The notes under the pieces: generated by a model
What the model saw: the letters and a program-made list of their open reading frames with translations, nothing else
Databases searched by the model: none
What the model was told of the DNA's origin: nothing
Source of the DNA: a virus
Taxonomy: Duplodnaviria; Caudoviricetes
DNA: 29,987 nucleotides
Strand: one strand, 5' to 3'
IMG/VR virus record: IMGVR_UViG_3300049070_000354
Span: 1 to 29,987 of that record
Program-made: the position numbers and the translations under genes
Shown here: positions 17,285 to 25,535 of the stretch, piece by piece
How the letters are laid out: each line of letters begins with the position of its first letter
Position numbering within the stretch: the first letter of the stretch is position 1

Positions 17285-18130
17285 TTACGCGACGGGCACG
17301 CCATCCGTGAGCGGACCTCCACCCGACATCTGGAAGGCCTGGTGCTGGAACATCGTGCCGCGCAGATTGCCCTGGAAGTAGTGCGGGCCGATGTGCGTGA
17401 GCGCCGAGTTATAATCGACCCAGATCTGGCCGCCGGCCGCTTGCCAGCGGCGGCAGAACGCATAGTCCTCGGAGAGATAGCGACGGTTCTCGGGACCGGC
17501 GTCCTCGTCGACGCCGGTGTCGAAGAAGAGCCAGAAGTGATCCTCGACCGGCGAGCCCTTGTGCGCCGGCATGTCGGACCGATACTTCATGTGCGGGTAC
17601 TTCTCCCGCATCACGTCGAAGACGCGCCGCTTGATCATCATGAAGCCAGTGGCCGCGTCGAACACCTTGACATAGCCGTCGGCCGGCAGCGGATCTCCGG
17701 GCTTCGCCGGCAACGGATTGAATACGTAGTGCATCAGCAGGAGGCGCAGGTCGTGATCCTGCATGCCGTCGCGCATGCGACTGACGTTGTTGAAGTAGTA
17801 GTTCTTGAACGGGTAGACGCCGCAGACGACGTCCTCGTTCTTCTCCAGCAGGCGATAGACCTGTTTCGGATCGAACGCGATGTCGGCGTCGAGGAAGAAG
17901 AGGTGTGTCCAGTCGTCCTCCGACAGGAACTTGGCCACGCAGGTGTTGCGGGCGCGCGCGACGAGGCTGTCGCCCGGCAGTGTCAGCACGCCGAAGCGCA
18001 CGTTCGACCCAGCGGACGCCTCGAGCAGCTGCAGCACCGAGTTCATGTAGGCCTCGTAGACGAGGCCGCCGTAACACGGCGAGCAAATCAGCACCTTCGC
18101 AGGTGGCAGGGCATTCCAGTCGAGAGCCAT
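17285..18130 (-). CDS. GT-A fold glycosyltransferase-like protein
   Basis: 'SPCYGG...SLVARARN...HLFFLDADI (DxD)...ATGFMMIKRRVF...YLSEDYAFCRRW' motifs. Confidence 0.8.
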   Translation of the reverse strand: MALDWNALPPAKVLICSPCYGGLVYEAYMNSVLQLLEASAGSNVRFGVLTLPGDSLVARARNTCVAKFLSEDDWTHLFFLDADIAFDPKQVYRLLEKNEDVVCGVYPFKNYYFNNVSRMRDGMQDHDLRLLLMHYVFNPLPAKPGDPLPADGYVKVFDAATGFMMIKRRVFDVMREKYPHMKYRSDMPAHKGSPVEDHFWLFFDTGVDEDAGPENRRYLSEDYAFCRRWQAAGGQIWVDYNSALTHIGPHYFQGNLRGTMFQHQAFQMSGGGPLTDGVPVA

Positions 18131-18417
18131 CAGTTCTTCCGTTGGATGAGGTAGGTGGAATTGAGGGTGCGGATGACGCCGTCTTTCGGCGTGCGCGAGC
18201 GGAGGTAGCTCGTGCGAATCCATTGCCCGTCTAGGAAACGGTCCTTGCGGTCGCCGACGATGAAGCCGGTGGCGACGTGCGTGTAGAGCTTGCCGTCGAT
18301 CACAGCGAAAGAATGAGCGCGCCGAATGTGCGCGCTGATCAGCACGCCATCGACGTTGTGCTTCTCTTGCAGCAGAGCGAGCTCCGCCTTCTGCTCTGGC
18401 GTGATCTCAACGAACAC
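18130..18417 (-). CDS. Hypothetical phage protein
   Basis: GAGGA RBS, GTG start, coupled to neighbours; 'G.I.GD.K.RF.DG..IRTS...T.NS.Y' pattern. Confidence 0.7.
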   Translation of the reverse strand: MFVEITPEQKAELALLQEKHNVDGVLISAHIRRAHSFAVIDGKLYTHVATGFIVGDRKDRFLDGQWIRTSYLRSRTPKDGVIRTLNSTYLIQRKN

Positions 18418-18961
18418 CGAGTTCCTCGGCACGTTTGGCGAACTCAGAGCGCACGCTCTCGACGGAGCGCTGGCGGAAGTGCCAGGGAGAGAGGTACGGC
18501 AGCGGTTCGTAGCGCAGCCACCACTTCTCAGTGTGAGGCGGACCAAAGACGTCCATCTCGTTGCGGCGGATGCGCTTGTCGTAGTCCAGCAGACCCGGCG
18601 GCATCACAGGCGGCAACCCGTTGCGGATGGCGATTGCGCGCAAAGCGCGGCTCTCGAGCTCATCCGCCCACGGCAGATTCACTCGCACAGGTGCGATCAG
18701 ATCGCCGATAACGTATTCGAACCAGTCGTGGATGAACGCCCAGCGCTCCATGATGCGACCGGCGCCCATCAGACGCATGGCCTCAGACAGGTTCAGTGTG
18801 TGATGCGCCACGCTGTGCGGATACAGCGTGCGGCCGTTGTAGCGGTTGATGTGCGGAAGACCGAGCAGCACGTCCTCGAAGTCAATGGCTTCGGGATCGA
18901 ACCGCTCCAGAGTCAGATGAATCCGACCTCCAGTCGCCGTCGTGATGTACGGGTCTTCCAT
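18407..18961 (-). CDS. HD-domain 5'-deoxynucleotidase-like phosphohydrolase (YfdR/YfbR-like)
   Basis: 'INRYNG...HSVAHH...IHDWFEYVIGD' HD-family motifs. Confidence 0.8.
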   Translation of the reverse strand: MEDPYITTATGGRIHLTLERFDPEAIDFEDVLLGLPHINRYNGRTLYPHSVAHHTLNLSEAMRLMGAGRIMERWAFIHDWFEYVIGDLIAPVRVNLPWADELESRALRAIAIRNGLPPVMPPGLLDYDKRIRRNEMDVFGPPHTEKWWLRYEPLPYLSPWHFRQRSVESVRSEFAKRAEELGVR

Positions 18962-19003
18962 GCGCGGAGTCTCTCGCAACCCCGCGCACGTCGCGAACTT
19001 ACG

Positions 19004-21109
19004 TCAGGCCGACATCGCTTCCTTGAAGTCGATTGGGCACACGCCGCCGGCGCACTCGACGTGCTCGCGTGACACCTCCTCTTGGACGCGGGTGATATGC
19101 GCCATCAGCTCGTTGTAGCGCTCGCGCGAGATCGGCTCTTCCGGCTGGTATTCGTAGAGAGAGGTGTCGATCTGCGGCATCACCGAGACGGCGCGCACGT
19201 AGGGCACGCCCGCTTCGAGCATCGCGCCGAACTCTTCCTCGGAGAGTTGCTTCGGATCGTACTTGAGCGTGTACGAGATCTGGTTGCCCTTCGGACCCAG
19301 CCAATACGTCTCGAGCAGGCCGATCCAGCGGAACTGCTCCGCGGGGGTGGCCTCGGCCGCGGTGACTACCGGGCCGAGCTCGCAGATTGGTGGGCGCGTC
19401 GGGAAGCCGACCACCGTGGTGCCTTGATAGGTGAAGAGCTTCTTCGTCGGATAGCCCTTCGCCGCGTACTCAGCCACCAAGGGGTCGTCGTCGCGGAACT
19501 GGACCCAGCGGAGATACTCGCGCATCGCCGGCAGGTGGGCGCCCTCGGTCAGGCCGAACAGCTTCGACGTCGTGCCCGCCGGCTTGATCGTCGTCACCGT
19601 CATCGGCGGTGCGACACCGAGCACCTCGGCGTAGGACTCGGCCTCCTCGTGGGCGACCTGGCTGAGCTTGCGAACAGTCTCCCAGAAGGGCAGCGCGAGC
19701 GGCGCCGGCGCCTTCAGCCGCGTGCCGGGGATGAAGTCCTCACCTTCCGCGAGCAGATCATGCCACCCCAAGCCATAGTGGGCGCGCGCCCATTCATGGA
19801 TGCCGGTCAGGCCGACGCCGATCCGGTTGGTGCGCTTCACCTCCTCGTCGTAGAGCGACTCCATGAGGTTGACGCGCATCAGAGCCCGCGTCGCCATGCG
19901 CACCGCGGAGGCGGCGTGCTCGAACGAGATCGCGTGATACGGCACGCAGTCGGCGATGACGCAGAAGCCGCCGTTGGCGGACAGCCGGATCTCGCCGCAG
20001 GGATTGACGATGTTCTTGTGAGGTTTGCGGGCGAGGGCCAGCGCCAGGTCCTCAGCCAGGTAGCCGCCGCCCTCGCTGAGCGCGTAGCGGCCCGACCCAG
20101 GCAGGGTCGGCGCATAGGGCTCGTCGAGCTTGTCGACGTTCAGGAAGCCCGGCTCGCCGGAGAGGTAGGCCGTCTCCCGGGCGGCCTGGAAGATCTTCCA
20201 GGCGCGACCGCGACGCGCGGCTACGTCCGTCCAGAACTCCTGGTCGACGGCGATGGAGTTGTTGGCCGACCAGAGGTGGCCGCCAGGCTGCTTCACCTTG
20301 ATGAAGCGGATGATGTCGCGGTCGCGCCAGGACTTCACGGCGATCCGCGCCGCGCGCCGGGCGCCGCCCACCAGGACGCATTGCGCCAGCAGGTGGTCGA
20401 TGTGCATGGCGGCCAGCCAGGGCGGCAGGCCGGCGTCCCGGACCCGGCTGACCTGGAGGATCGCGTCCATCAGCGGGCCAGGGCCGCTGGCGGGACGGTT
20501 CTGCATGCCCTTGATGGGCGAGCCGGACGGGCGGACGTCGCTGAAGTCGAGGATGATGACGGAGTCGCGCTTGTCGCCGTACCAGGTCTGGACCTCGATC
20601 AGCTCGATGGCGCGCGCCCAGCCCTCACGGGAATCGTCGACCCGGTGCTCGATGATGTTGCAGTCGCGGAAGAGGTGGCGGGCGTCGGCCAGCGACATAT
20701 ACGCCTTGCTGGCGTCCTTGTGCCGCGGGTCGATGGTGCAGACGACGACGGGCATCTTGCGCCAGTCGACCAGCATCAGGTCGTCATCGTAGGACGAGCC
20801 GACGCCGGAGCCGGAGAGCAGCAGCAGGAAGGTGAGCGACCGCATCGACGACGTCGAGCAGTTGCTGAACACCTCGAAGGGTCGGCCCTTTTGGTTCTCG
20901 TCGCCGTGCTGCAGATGTCGGCCCGACATGAGGATCGTGCCGGCGGCGATGAGCTCTTCGAGGTGGGCCGCCTCCGACCAGTGGTGGGCAGCGAGGGAAG
21001 CGTTGCCGGCGGCGACGCGTCGGGCGACGTCGGACCACTTCTCTCCAGGGCGGTTGATGGTGCGATTGGCAACAGCTTCGCCAATCCCGGGATAGTAGTC
21101 GCGGGTCAC
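19004..21109 (-). CDS. nrdJ: Class II (adenosylcobalamin-dependent) ribonucleotide reductase
   Basis: FSNC, NPCGEI, FCVI, R.IGVGLTG, TTIKPAGT and C-terminal CAGGVCP; no adjacent beta subunit. Confidence 0.9.
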   Translation of the reverse strand: MTRDYYPGIGEAVANRTINRPGEKWSDVARRVAAGNASLAAHHWSEAAHLEELIAAGTILMSGRHLQHGDENQKGRPFEVFSNCSTSSMRSLTFLLLLSGSGVGSSYDDDLMLVDWRKMPVVVCTIDPRHKDASKAYMSLADARHLFRDCNIIEHRVDDSREGWARAIELIEVQTWYGDKRDSVIILDFSDVRPSGSPIKGMQNRPASGPGPLMDAILQVSRVRDAGLPPWLAAMHIDHLLAQCVLVGGARRAARIAVKSWRDRDIIRFIKVKQPGGHLWSANNSIAVDQEFWTDVAARRGRAWKIFQAARETAYLSGEPGFLNVDKLDEPYAPTLPGSGRYALSEGGGYLAEDLALALARKPHKNIVNPCGEIRLSANGGFCVIADCVPYHAISFEHAASAVRMATRALMRVNLMESLYDEEVKRTNRIGVGLTGIHEWARAHYGLGWHDLLAEGEDFIPGTRLKAPAPLALPFWETVRKLSQVAHEEAESYAEVLGVAPPMTVTTIKPAGTTSKLFGLTEGAHLPAMREYLRWVQFRDDDPLVAEYAAKGYPTKKLFTYQGTTVVGFPTRPPICELGPVVTAAEATPAEQFRWIGLLETYWLGPKGNQISYTLKYDPKQLSEEEFGAMLEAGVPYVRAVSVMPQIDTSLYEYQPEEPISRERYNELMAHITRVQEEVSREHVECAGGVCPIDFKEAMSA

Positions 21110-21155
21110 GGTAGTCCTTGGGTCTGAAAGAGAGCGAGTCTAGGGGCGACGGCGC

Positions 21156-21404
21156 CTATGGCGAACTATGCGCCTCTATCGCCTGCGCACCTTTATCGGT
21201 CAGGTACCAATCATGGTACTTGACCGGCGTCGGAGAGCGGAACTGCTCGTGCACGCCGCGGTGATCCGCGTAGTCGCGGCCGACGGCGTAAAGGGTATCG
21301 CGCTCGAGGTAGCCGCGCCGGCGCAGGCCCTCCGCCCGCTGATAATTGAGCGGGCGAAGCTTCTGCTTGACGCGCTTCAGCTCGTCAATCTGCTCAGGCG
21401 TCAC
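21156..21404 (-). CDS. Hypothetical protein (winged-helix-like)
   Basis: 'MTPEQIDEL...L.RRGYLER...WYLTDKG..A' pattern; start may be 21419. Confidence 0.65.
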   Translation of the reverse strand: MTPEQIDELKRVKQKLRPLNYQRAEGLRRRGYLERDTLYAVGRDYADHRGVHEQFRSPTPVKYHDWYLTDKGAQAIEAHSSP

Positions 21405-21894
21405 GAACGTGATACCCACAGCCGGTGGAATCGCGCTTCCAGACGCGCTTGCGATTGATCACCATCTTCGCGGTGACCTCGTCCCACAGCCACACGTTCT
21501 TCGCAGAGAGGGCGAAGAACGCTAGCTGCCGATACGTCTCGCGCAAATGGACGTTGACCTCTGTCAAGTCTTGCGTTGCGCTGGCGTTCAGCAATTTGCC
21601 GAGCGCCGCGACCGCGGCCGCCGCGTGTTGCAGTGAGTCCAGCCGCACGTCTGGCGTGCGGAACGACGGAATCTGAGGCGTGATGCCGAGGCGGATGCAG
21701 ATGCGGCACAGCACGATGGCGATGTCGGCCGCTTCCTCGACTTGCTTGTCGATGGGCTGATCGCTGGTGACGGCGCGATAGAACTCGGCGCCTTCTTCCA
21801 TGGCGCGGGCGAGCACGCGGTCGTTAGAGCCGACAGAGCCGAATGTATTCACGGCCCACTCGGAGACCGTCTCGTAGGTTTCTTTCTGTGTCAT
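21394..21894 (-). CDS. MazG-like / DUF550-like dNTP pyrophosphohydrolase
   Basis: 'W...TFG...EE..E...EEAAD' acidic motif and 'KM.INRKR.W' C-terminus, with a ~50-aa internal extension. Confidence 0.75.
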   Translation of the reverse strand: MTQKETYETVSEWAVNTFGSVGSNDRVLARAMEEGAEFYRAVTSDQPIDKQVEEAADIAIVLCRICIRLGITPQIPSFRTPDVRLDSLQHAAAAVAALGKLLNASATQDLTEVNVHLRETYRQLAFFALSAKNVWLWDEVTAKMVINRKRVWKRDSTGCGYHVRDA

Positions 21895-22067
21895 GCCTCG
21901 TACTCGATGACGCACGTCACGCGCACGCCTAAGTGATTGGTGGGTTGGAGCGCACGCACATGATCCCATGCGTTCGCGTAGCACTGCTCATTGCTCATGG
22001 TGGACTGAAGCGTCACGCGGCGACACTGAATGTCCTCCGGACGTTCCAACATAAACGCCGCCACCGT
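21891..22067 (-). pseudogene. 3' part of a small phage gene interrupted by the 1.5-kb insertion
   Basis: Reads TVAAFMLERPEDIQCRR...VTCVIEYEA*, with ATGA overlap onto the next gene. Joins in frame to MIRTLLIAL at 23615-23589 across a shared ACTC. Confidence 0.7.
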
Positions 22068-22224
22068 GAGTCAGCGTCGGACATTACGACCGTCCCTTTT
22101 GGGTGGCAGCAGTCGCTCTCGGTGCCTTCACGGGAGGGCAGGCTTTCGCCGAGAGCGGACGTGGCGAGGACGGCGTCTCGGTTACGATTCGGCGGCGCCA
22201 GGAACGACCTCCAGCCAGGAGGAG

Positions 22225-22431
22225 TTAGCAGCCACAGCCTCCGGACTGGATCGGCGGGCATTTCACATCGCCATACGAGCAGAAGACGCAGCAGTCGCCG
22301 CGCTTGGGTTTGAGCACCGCGCCGCATCCCATGCAGTCATAGAAGTACTGGCAGGCGTCGGTGGGCATTGTCTCACGCCGGGCATGGCCGCAGTGCGGAC
22401 AGACAATCGTCGAGTGAGGGACCACGCTCAA
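22225..22431 (-). CDS. GDCCVxC domain-containing protein
   Basis: 'CPHCG...MPTDACQYFYDCMGCG.VLKPK.GDCCVFCSYG.V.CPPIQ' is the full family signature. Confidence 0.9.
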   Translation of the reverse strand: MSVVPHSTIVCPHCGHARRETMPTDACQYFYDCMGCGAVLKPKRGDCCVFCSYGDVKCPPIQSGGCGC

Positions 22432-22435
22432 CGGG

Positions 22436-22804
22436 CTACACCGTGGTCTCGTTGTCTATGCAGCGAAGCAAGCTGCCGTCCAGGTCAACGACATGAAACA
22501 TCCGCATGCCCCACGGCTTAGTCTCGGGTTCGTCGATGCGCGGGATGGACCAGCATTCCTTCGACAGATTGGCTTTGCTGAAATGGGCATAGAGTGCGTC
22601 GAGATCATCGACGCGGAAGCAGGCCGAGAAGCAGCTTGTGCGCGGGTCCAATTCGGCGTGCGGGAAGAACTCAATCTCTAGAGCGCCGCGCTGCATGATC
22701 ATCCAGCCGTCGTCCTTGAAGCCCGTCTCAAAACCAAGCGCCTTGTAGAACGCCTCGGTTCTGTCGAGGTCTCGGCTAGGAAGATTTGCTGTCGCTCGGT
22801 CCAT
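22436..22804 (-). CDS. ble: Bleomycin resistance protein (VOC/glyoxalase fold, Tn5 Ble/BRP-MBL-like)
   Basis: 'NLPSRD.D.T.AFY..LGF....D.GWMI.QRG.L..EFF....LDP..S.FS.C.R.DDL' closely follows Tn5 Ble and BRP(MBL) as recalled. Confidence 0.85.
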   Translation of the reverse strand: MDRATANLPSRDLDRTEAFYKALGFETGFKDDGWMIMQRGALEIEFFPHAELDPRTSCFSACFRVDDLDALYAHFSKANLSKECWSIPRIDEPETKPWGMRMFHVVDLDGSLLRCIDNETTV

Positions 22805-22810
22805 TGCTGA

Positions 22811-23086
22811 CTAATACGACACCAGCGTCGCCAACACAACGCTGCCTATAAGCATCCAACCGCCGAAGAACGCAGGCGCAATGTAGAGCGCGCTAACGGC
22901 TGCGTGCAGCGGGATCAACGCCGCTACGGCGCCGGGCCAGCACGGCCCGCGCCGCCATGCGGTGACAGCCCGGAGGACTGCGACGGCAGCCCAGCTAACG
23001 GATGCCGCCGCCCAGAACAGACAGATAGCGAGTTGCTCTTGAGGGCCTAGGCCTTCGCCCCATCCGCGGACCATTTGCAGGCCCAT
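22811..23086 (-). CDS. Putative membrane protein
   Basis: 91-aa hydrophobic ORF with 2-3 possible TM segments, ending 7 nt before ble; start uncertain. Confidence 0.4.
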   Translation of the reverse strand: MGLQMVRGWGEGLGPQEQLAICLFWAAASVSWAAVAVLRAVTAWRRGPCWPGAVAALIPLHAAVSALYIAPAFFGGWMLIGSVVLATLVSY

Positions 23087-23161
23087 CGCGTGAATGCTGG
23101 CGTCGCGAGTAACTGAAGCGCCGAGCGCCTAGGATGAGACGCCCCCATGCCCAAGCCTCTC

Positions 23162-23192
23162 AAACAGAAGCGGGGGCCCGCAGGCCGCCGCT
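23162..23192 (-). terminator. Probable Rho-independent terminator
   Basis: Minus strand AGCGGCGGCC-TGCG-GGCCCCCGCT (one mismatch) then TCTGTTT, just after the 40-aa gene. Confidence 0.6.
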
Positions 23193-23215
23193 CAGTAAAT
23201 CAGATTGTGAGCGCT

Positions 23216-23338
23216 TCAGCAGCCGGTAAGCGCCATGAGCCACTGGCAGCAGTCTGCAACGGCGCCGGGTGCAGCGGCGTAAGCCACGCCAGCGCTAACA
23301 GCCAGAATCGCCAACGCGCCAAGAGCAATCTTCTTCAT
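23216..23338 (-). CDS. Small secreted Cys-containing peptide
   Basis: MKKIALGALAILAVSAGVAYA signal peptide plus AAPGAVADCCQWLMALTGC; GGAG RBS; own terminator. Confidence 0.65.
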   Translation of the reverse strand: MKKIALGALAILAVSAGVAYAAAPGAVADCCQWLMALTGC

Positions 23339-23588
23339 GGGCCGCACTCCAATCATGGGGTCCGCGCAAGCTAATCCGTTCCGCGGCGACTGGCTACCCC
23401 AGTGTCGGACTTGGGATTCAACCAACCTGCAGTGCCACTGGTAATGTCCTCATTGGCCCGAAATTACCGGAGCAGGTCAGCTCGGCTGCCGCGCAAGGCG
23501 TCTCACCCTAGCGCGCAGCCCCAACCGCAACCGCTTCGGCCGGCTTCATCAGGACATGGCCGACCGCCATGATCTCGGCCTGGAGAGC

Positions 23589-23615
23589 GAGTGCGATCAG
23601 TAGCGTGCGGATCAC
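23589..23615 (-). pseudogene. 5' part (9 codons) of the interrupted small phage gene
   Basis: GTG start overlaps the protease stop (GTGA); encodes MIRTLLIAL up to the ACTC junction. Confidence 0.6.
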
Positions 23616-24127
23616 GTCTTGCGCTGCCGGACGCGCCACTTCTCAATGGGGAGTGTCGTGTCGACGAAGTTGAGGCCGTCGCCGCAGGTGGTGACATGCG
23701 CGGACGCATCCTTCACGGCCTTGATGGCGGTGGCGCCGTTGCGCAGAGAGCCGAGCGCTGCGTCTGCGCCACTGCCCAAAGCCAGATACTCCGGGATGTT
23801 CTTGCCGACGTAGGAGACAAGCGCGGATGACTTCGGTGCATAGTCAAGCACGATCAGACGCGGCTTACGCCGGCGCAGCGGTACCGCTGCGATCAGCAGA
23901 AGCAGATCACCCTTCCACGCAGGCTTCTTGAGATCGTCAAGGACCTGCTTGGCCAGGTCGAGGGTTTGTTCCTCGCTGTCGGAGTTGCCCGCGGCGGCGA
24001 CCACGAACTTGTATTCGTGCGACTTGCCAAGCGCCAGCTTGCACATCGGCGCCTGGCGCTGTGTGTCGTCGTACATCACCCGCCGGTCGGCGGCGATGAT
24101 GCCGGCGCGGTAGGTGAGAACAGTCAA
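23612..24127 (-). CDS. HslV/proteasome-beta-like Ntn hydrolase
   Basis: N-terminal Thr after Met, 'IAADRR', 'ALGSGADAALG..G.TA..AV..A' motifs. Confidence 0.8.
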   Translation of the reverse strand: MTVLTYRAGIIAADRRVMYDDTQRQAPMCKLALGKSHEYKFVVAAAGNSDSEEQTLDLAKQVLDDLKKPAWKGDLLLLIAAVPLRRRKPRLIVLDYAPKSSALVSYVGKNIPEYLALGSGADAALGSLRNGATAIKAVKDASAHVTTCGDGLNFVDTTLPIEKWRVRQRKT

Positions 24128-24999
24128 TCGGCCCGCCAGTCGAGGAAGATCGGCGACCGCGGCGCGTCCTTCACGCCGTGCGGCTGGAACTTGAACTTGA
24201 TGGCGCGGTCGATGAGGGACGGGCCCCCTTCCATCGGGATGCCGAGGTGGTGAATGCCGATGGAGAACTCCGACGTGAAGCCGGGGCAGCGCACGTCGAC
24301 GGCGCCGACGACACCCATGCCGACCTTGCCGGCCTTCGCCGAGGAGCGCTTCGTGCGGCCGAGTTCGCTGGTCTGCGCCTCGTTCGCGTTGTGCATCTTC
24401 TCGGCGAAGCCGATGACCGTGCCTTCGGTATCCTCGAAGCGCTTGAGCTTCAGGAGGATGCCCTCCTTCGCGGTCGAGCGGCCGTACTTGTAGATGCCGT
24501 TGGGGTCGCGCAGCATCAGGCCTTCGTAGCCGTCGCGGAGCGCCTGCTGTTCGGCCATGTCGAGATCGAACTCGTTGTAGACCGTCTCGTGCAGGAGGAA
24601 TGAGATCAGCGCCAAACCGGCGCGCTCCACCTTCTCCCGCGCCGTCTGTAGGCGGCGCACGAACGGCGCGTCCGGATCGGTGAAGTCGTCGAAGACGAAG
24701 AAGGTCAGGCCGTCATGCGGCTTCGGTGGCTTCTTCTTCGCCATTATCGCAGACGTCGAGTTCTGGATCACGTTCGGGTCGGTTGGATTGCCCCACACGA
24801 GTTCGCCGTCGAGACCGGCGAGTTCCGGCAGTGACAGGTATTTCTCGACGTGCTCATTGTTGATGCGCTTGAGGGAGCGCGTGCGCGGTCCCTCCGGCGT
24901 GATCACGCAGCGGATACCGTCGAGCTTCGGCGACACGAGGAGCGGAAATCGAAGCGGGAATTTCGGATCCGGCGGATCCGCGAGACAGGGCTTAAACAT
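24124..24999 (-). CDS. ATP-dependent DNA ligase
   Basis: KLDGIR (motif I), LDGEL, FFVFD, EGLMLR, LLKLK and PR.P.F motifs. Confidence 0.93.
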   Translation of the reverse strand: MFKPCLADPPDPKFPLRFPLLVSPKLDGIRCVITPEGPRTRSLKRINNEHVEKYLSLPELAGLDGELVWGNPTDPNVIQNSTSAIMAKKKPPKPHDGLTFFVFDDFTDPDAPFVRRLQTAREKVERAGLALISFLLHETVYNEFDLDMAEQQALRDGYEGLMLRDPNGIYKYGRSTAKEGILLKLKRFEDTEGTVIGFAEKMHNANEAQTSELGRTKRSSAKAGKVGMGVVGAVDVRCPGFTSEFSIGIHHLGIPMEGGPSLIDRAIKFKFQPHGVKDAPRSPIFLDWRAD

Positions 25000-25315
25000 T
25001 GGCGAGTTGTTCACGTACAGATTCAAGGCGGGCCGTCTCGGAATCGAGCTCTCGCTGCGCGCGTGATCGCGCGAGCTTGGCCGCTTCCTTGAACAGGTCC
25101 TTGATGAGTTGGCGGCCACCGGCCGCTGCGGTCTTGTCATTGGTCGCCGCGAGAAGCAGATCGCTCGTCTCGGAATCGAGCTCCGCGTGGCTGATGCGAA
25201 TGGCCGGACCCTGGGAGCGCGAGTAATCGCGCTCAATCACCAGTCCGTCAGTGGTCGCCAGACGCTCCAGCTTCTTCGCCAGCTTGATGTACTTCTCAGC
25301 GTCAGACGCGCTCAT
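24992..25315 (-). CDS. Hypothetical protein
   Basis: 107-aa ORF overlapping both neighbours in operon fashion; GAGG RBS. Confidence 0.7.
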   Translation of the reverse strand: MSASDAEKYIKLAKKLERLATTDGLVIERDYSRSQGPAIRISHAELDSETSDLLLAATNDKTAAAGGRQLIKDLFKEAAKLARSRAQRELDSETARLESVREQLANV

Positions 25316-25535
25316 AACCTGCCTCTCTGCAGCGCCGCTTCAGCACAGCGACGACTGCGCCCTTCAAACCGCCTTTGCTCCCTTCACTGGAGCCGCGGTT
25401 CCATCCGTAGTGCGTGGTCTTGGCTGGACCGATGATGCGTACGCCCGTGTGGCCCTTCGCATCGTAAGACTCGAACTTGACTTTGCGCTCCGAGAGGAAC
25501 CCCTCCACGAAACGCCGATGTGATCTCTCACTCAA
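25302..25535 (-). CDS. Hypothetical basic protein
   Basis: 77 aa, TTG start directly after the upstream stop with GGAG RBS. Confidence 0.6.
   Translation of the reverse strand: MSERSHRRFVEGFLSERKVKFESYDAKGHTGVRIIGPAKTTHYGWNRGSSEGSKGGLKGAVVAVLKRRCREAGYERV

Larger units (their letters stand above)
22072..23588. mobile_element. Transposase-free cargo insertion bounded by GAGT direct repeats
   Basis: GAGT at 22068-22071 and 23589-23592. Removal restores a 67-aa ORF coupled to both flanking phage genes. Cargo is bacterial-type with long intergenic gaps. Confidence 0.7.

Noticed and set aside
19082-21127. 681-aa + strand ORF opposite nrdJ (similarly 6864-8231, 10710-12008, 16094-17101, 17216-18154, 25554-26540)
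   Set aside because: Antisense shadows of well-supported genes.
22040-22060. XerD-arm-like TTATGTT sequence
   Set aside because: No XerC arm; it lies within the coding part of the interrupted gene.
22079-23449. 9-bp inverted repeat GGACATTAC/GTAATGTCC
   Set aside because: A match of this length is expected by chance within 1.5 kb, and it is not at both termini.
23525-23556. Hammerhead-like CTGATGA plus stem on the minus strand
   Set aside because: The required GAAA after stem II is absent (GCGG instead).
22072-23588. Insertion as a group I/II intron or a classical integron cassette array
   Set aside because: No recognisable P7 or domain V sequences, no GTTRRRY/RYYYAAC pairs, no integrase; it also contains an internal terminator.
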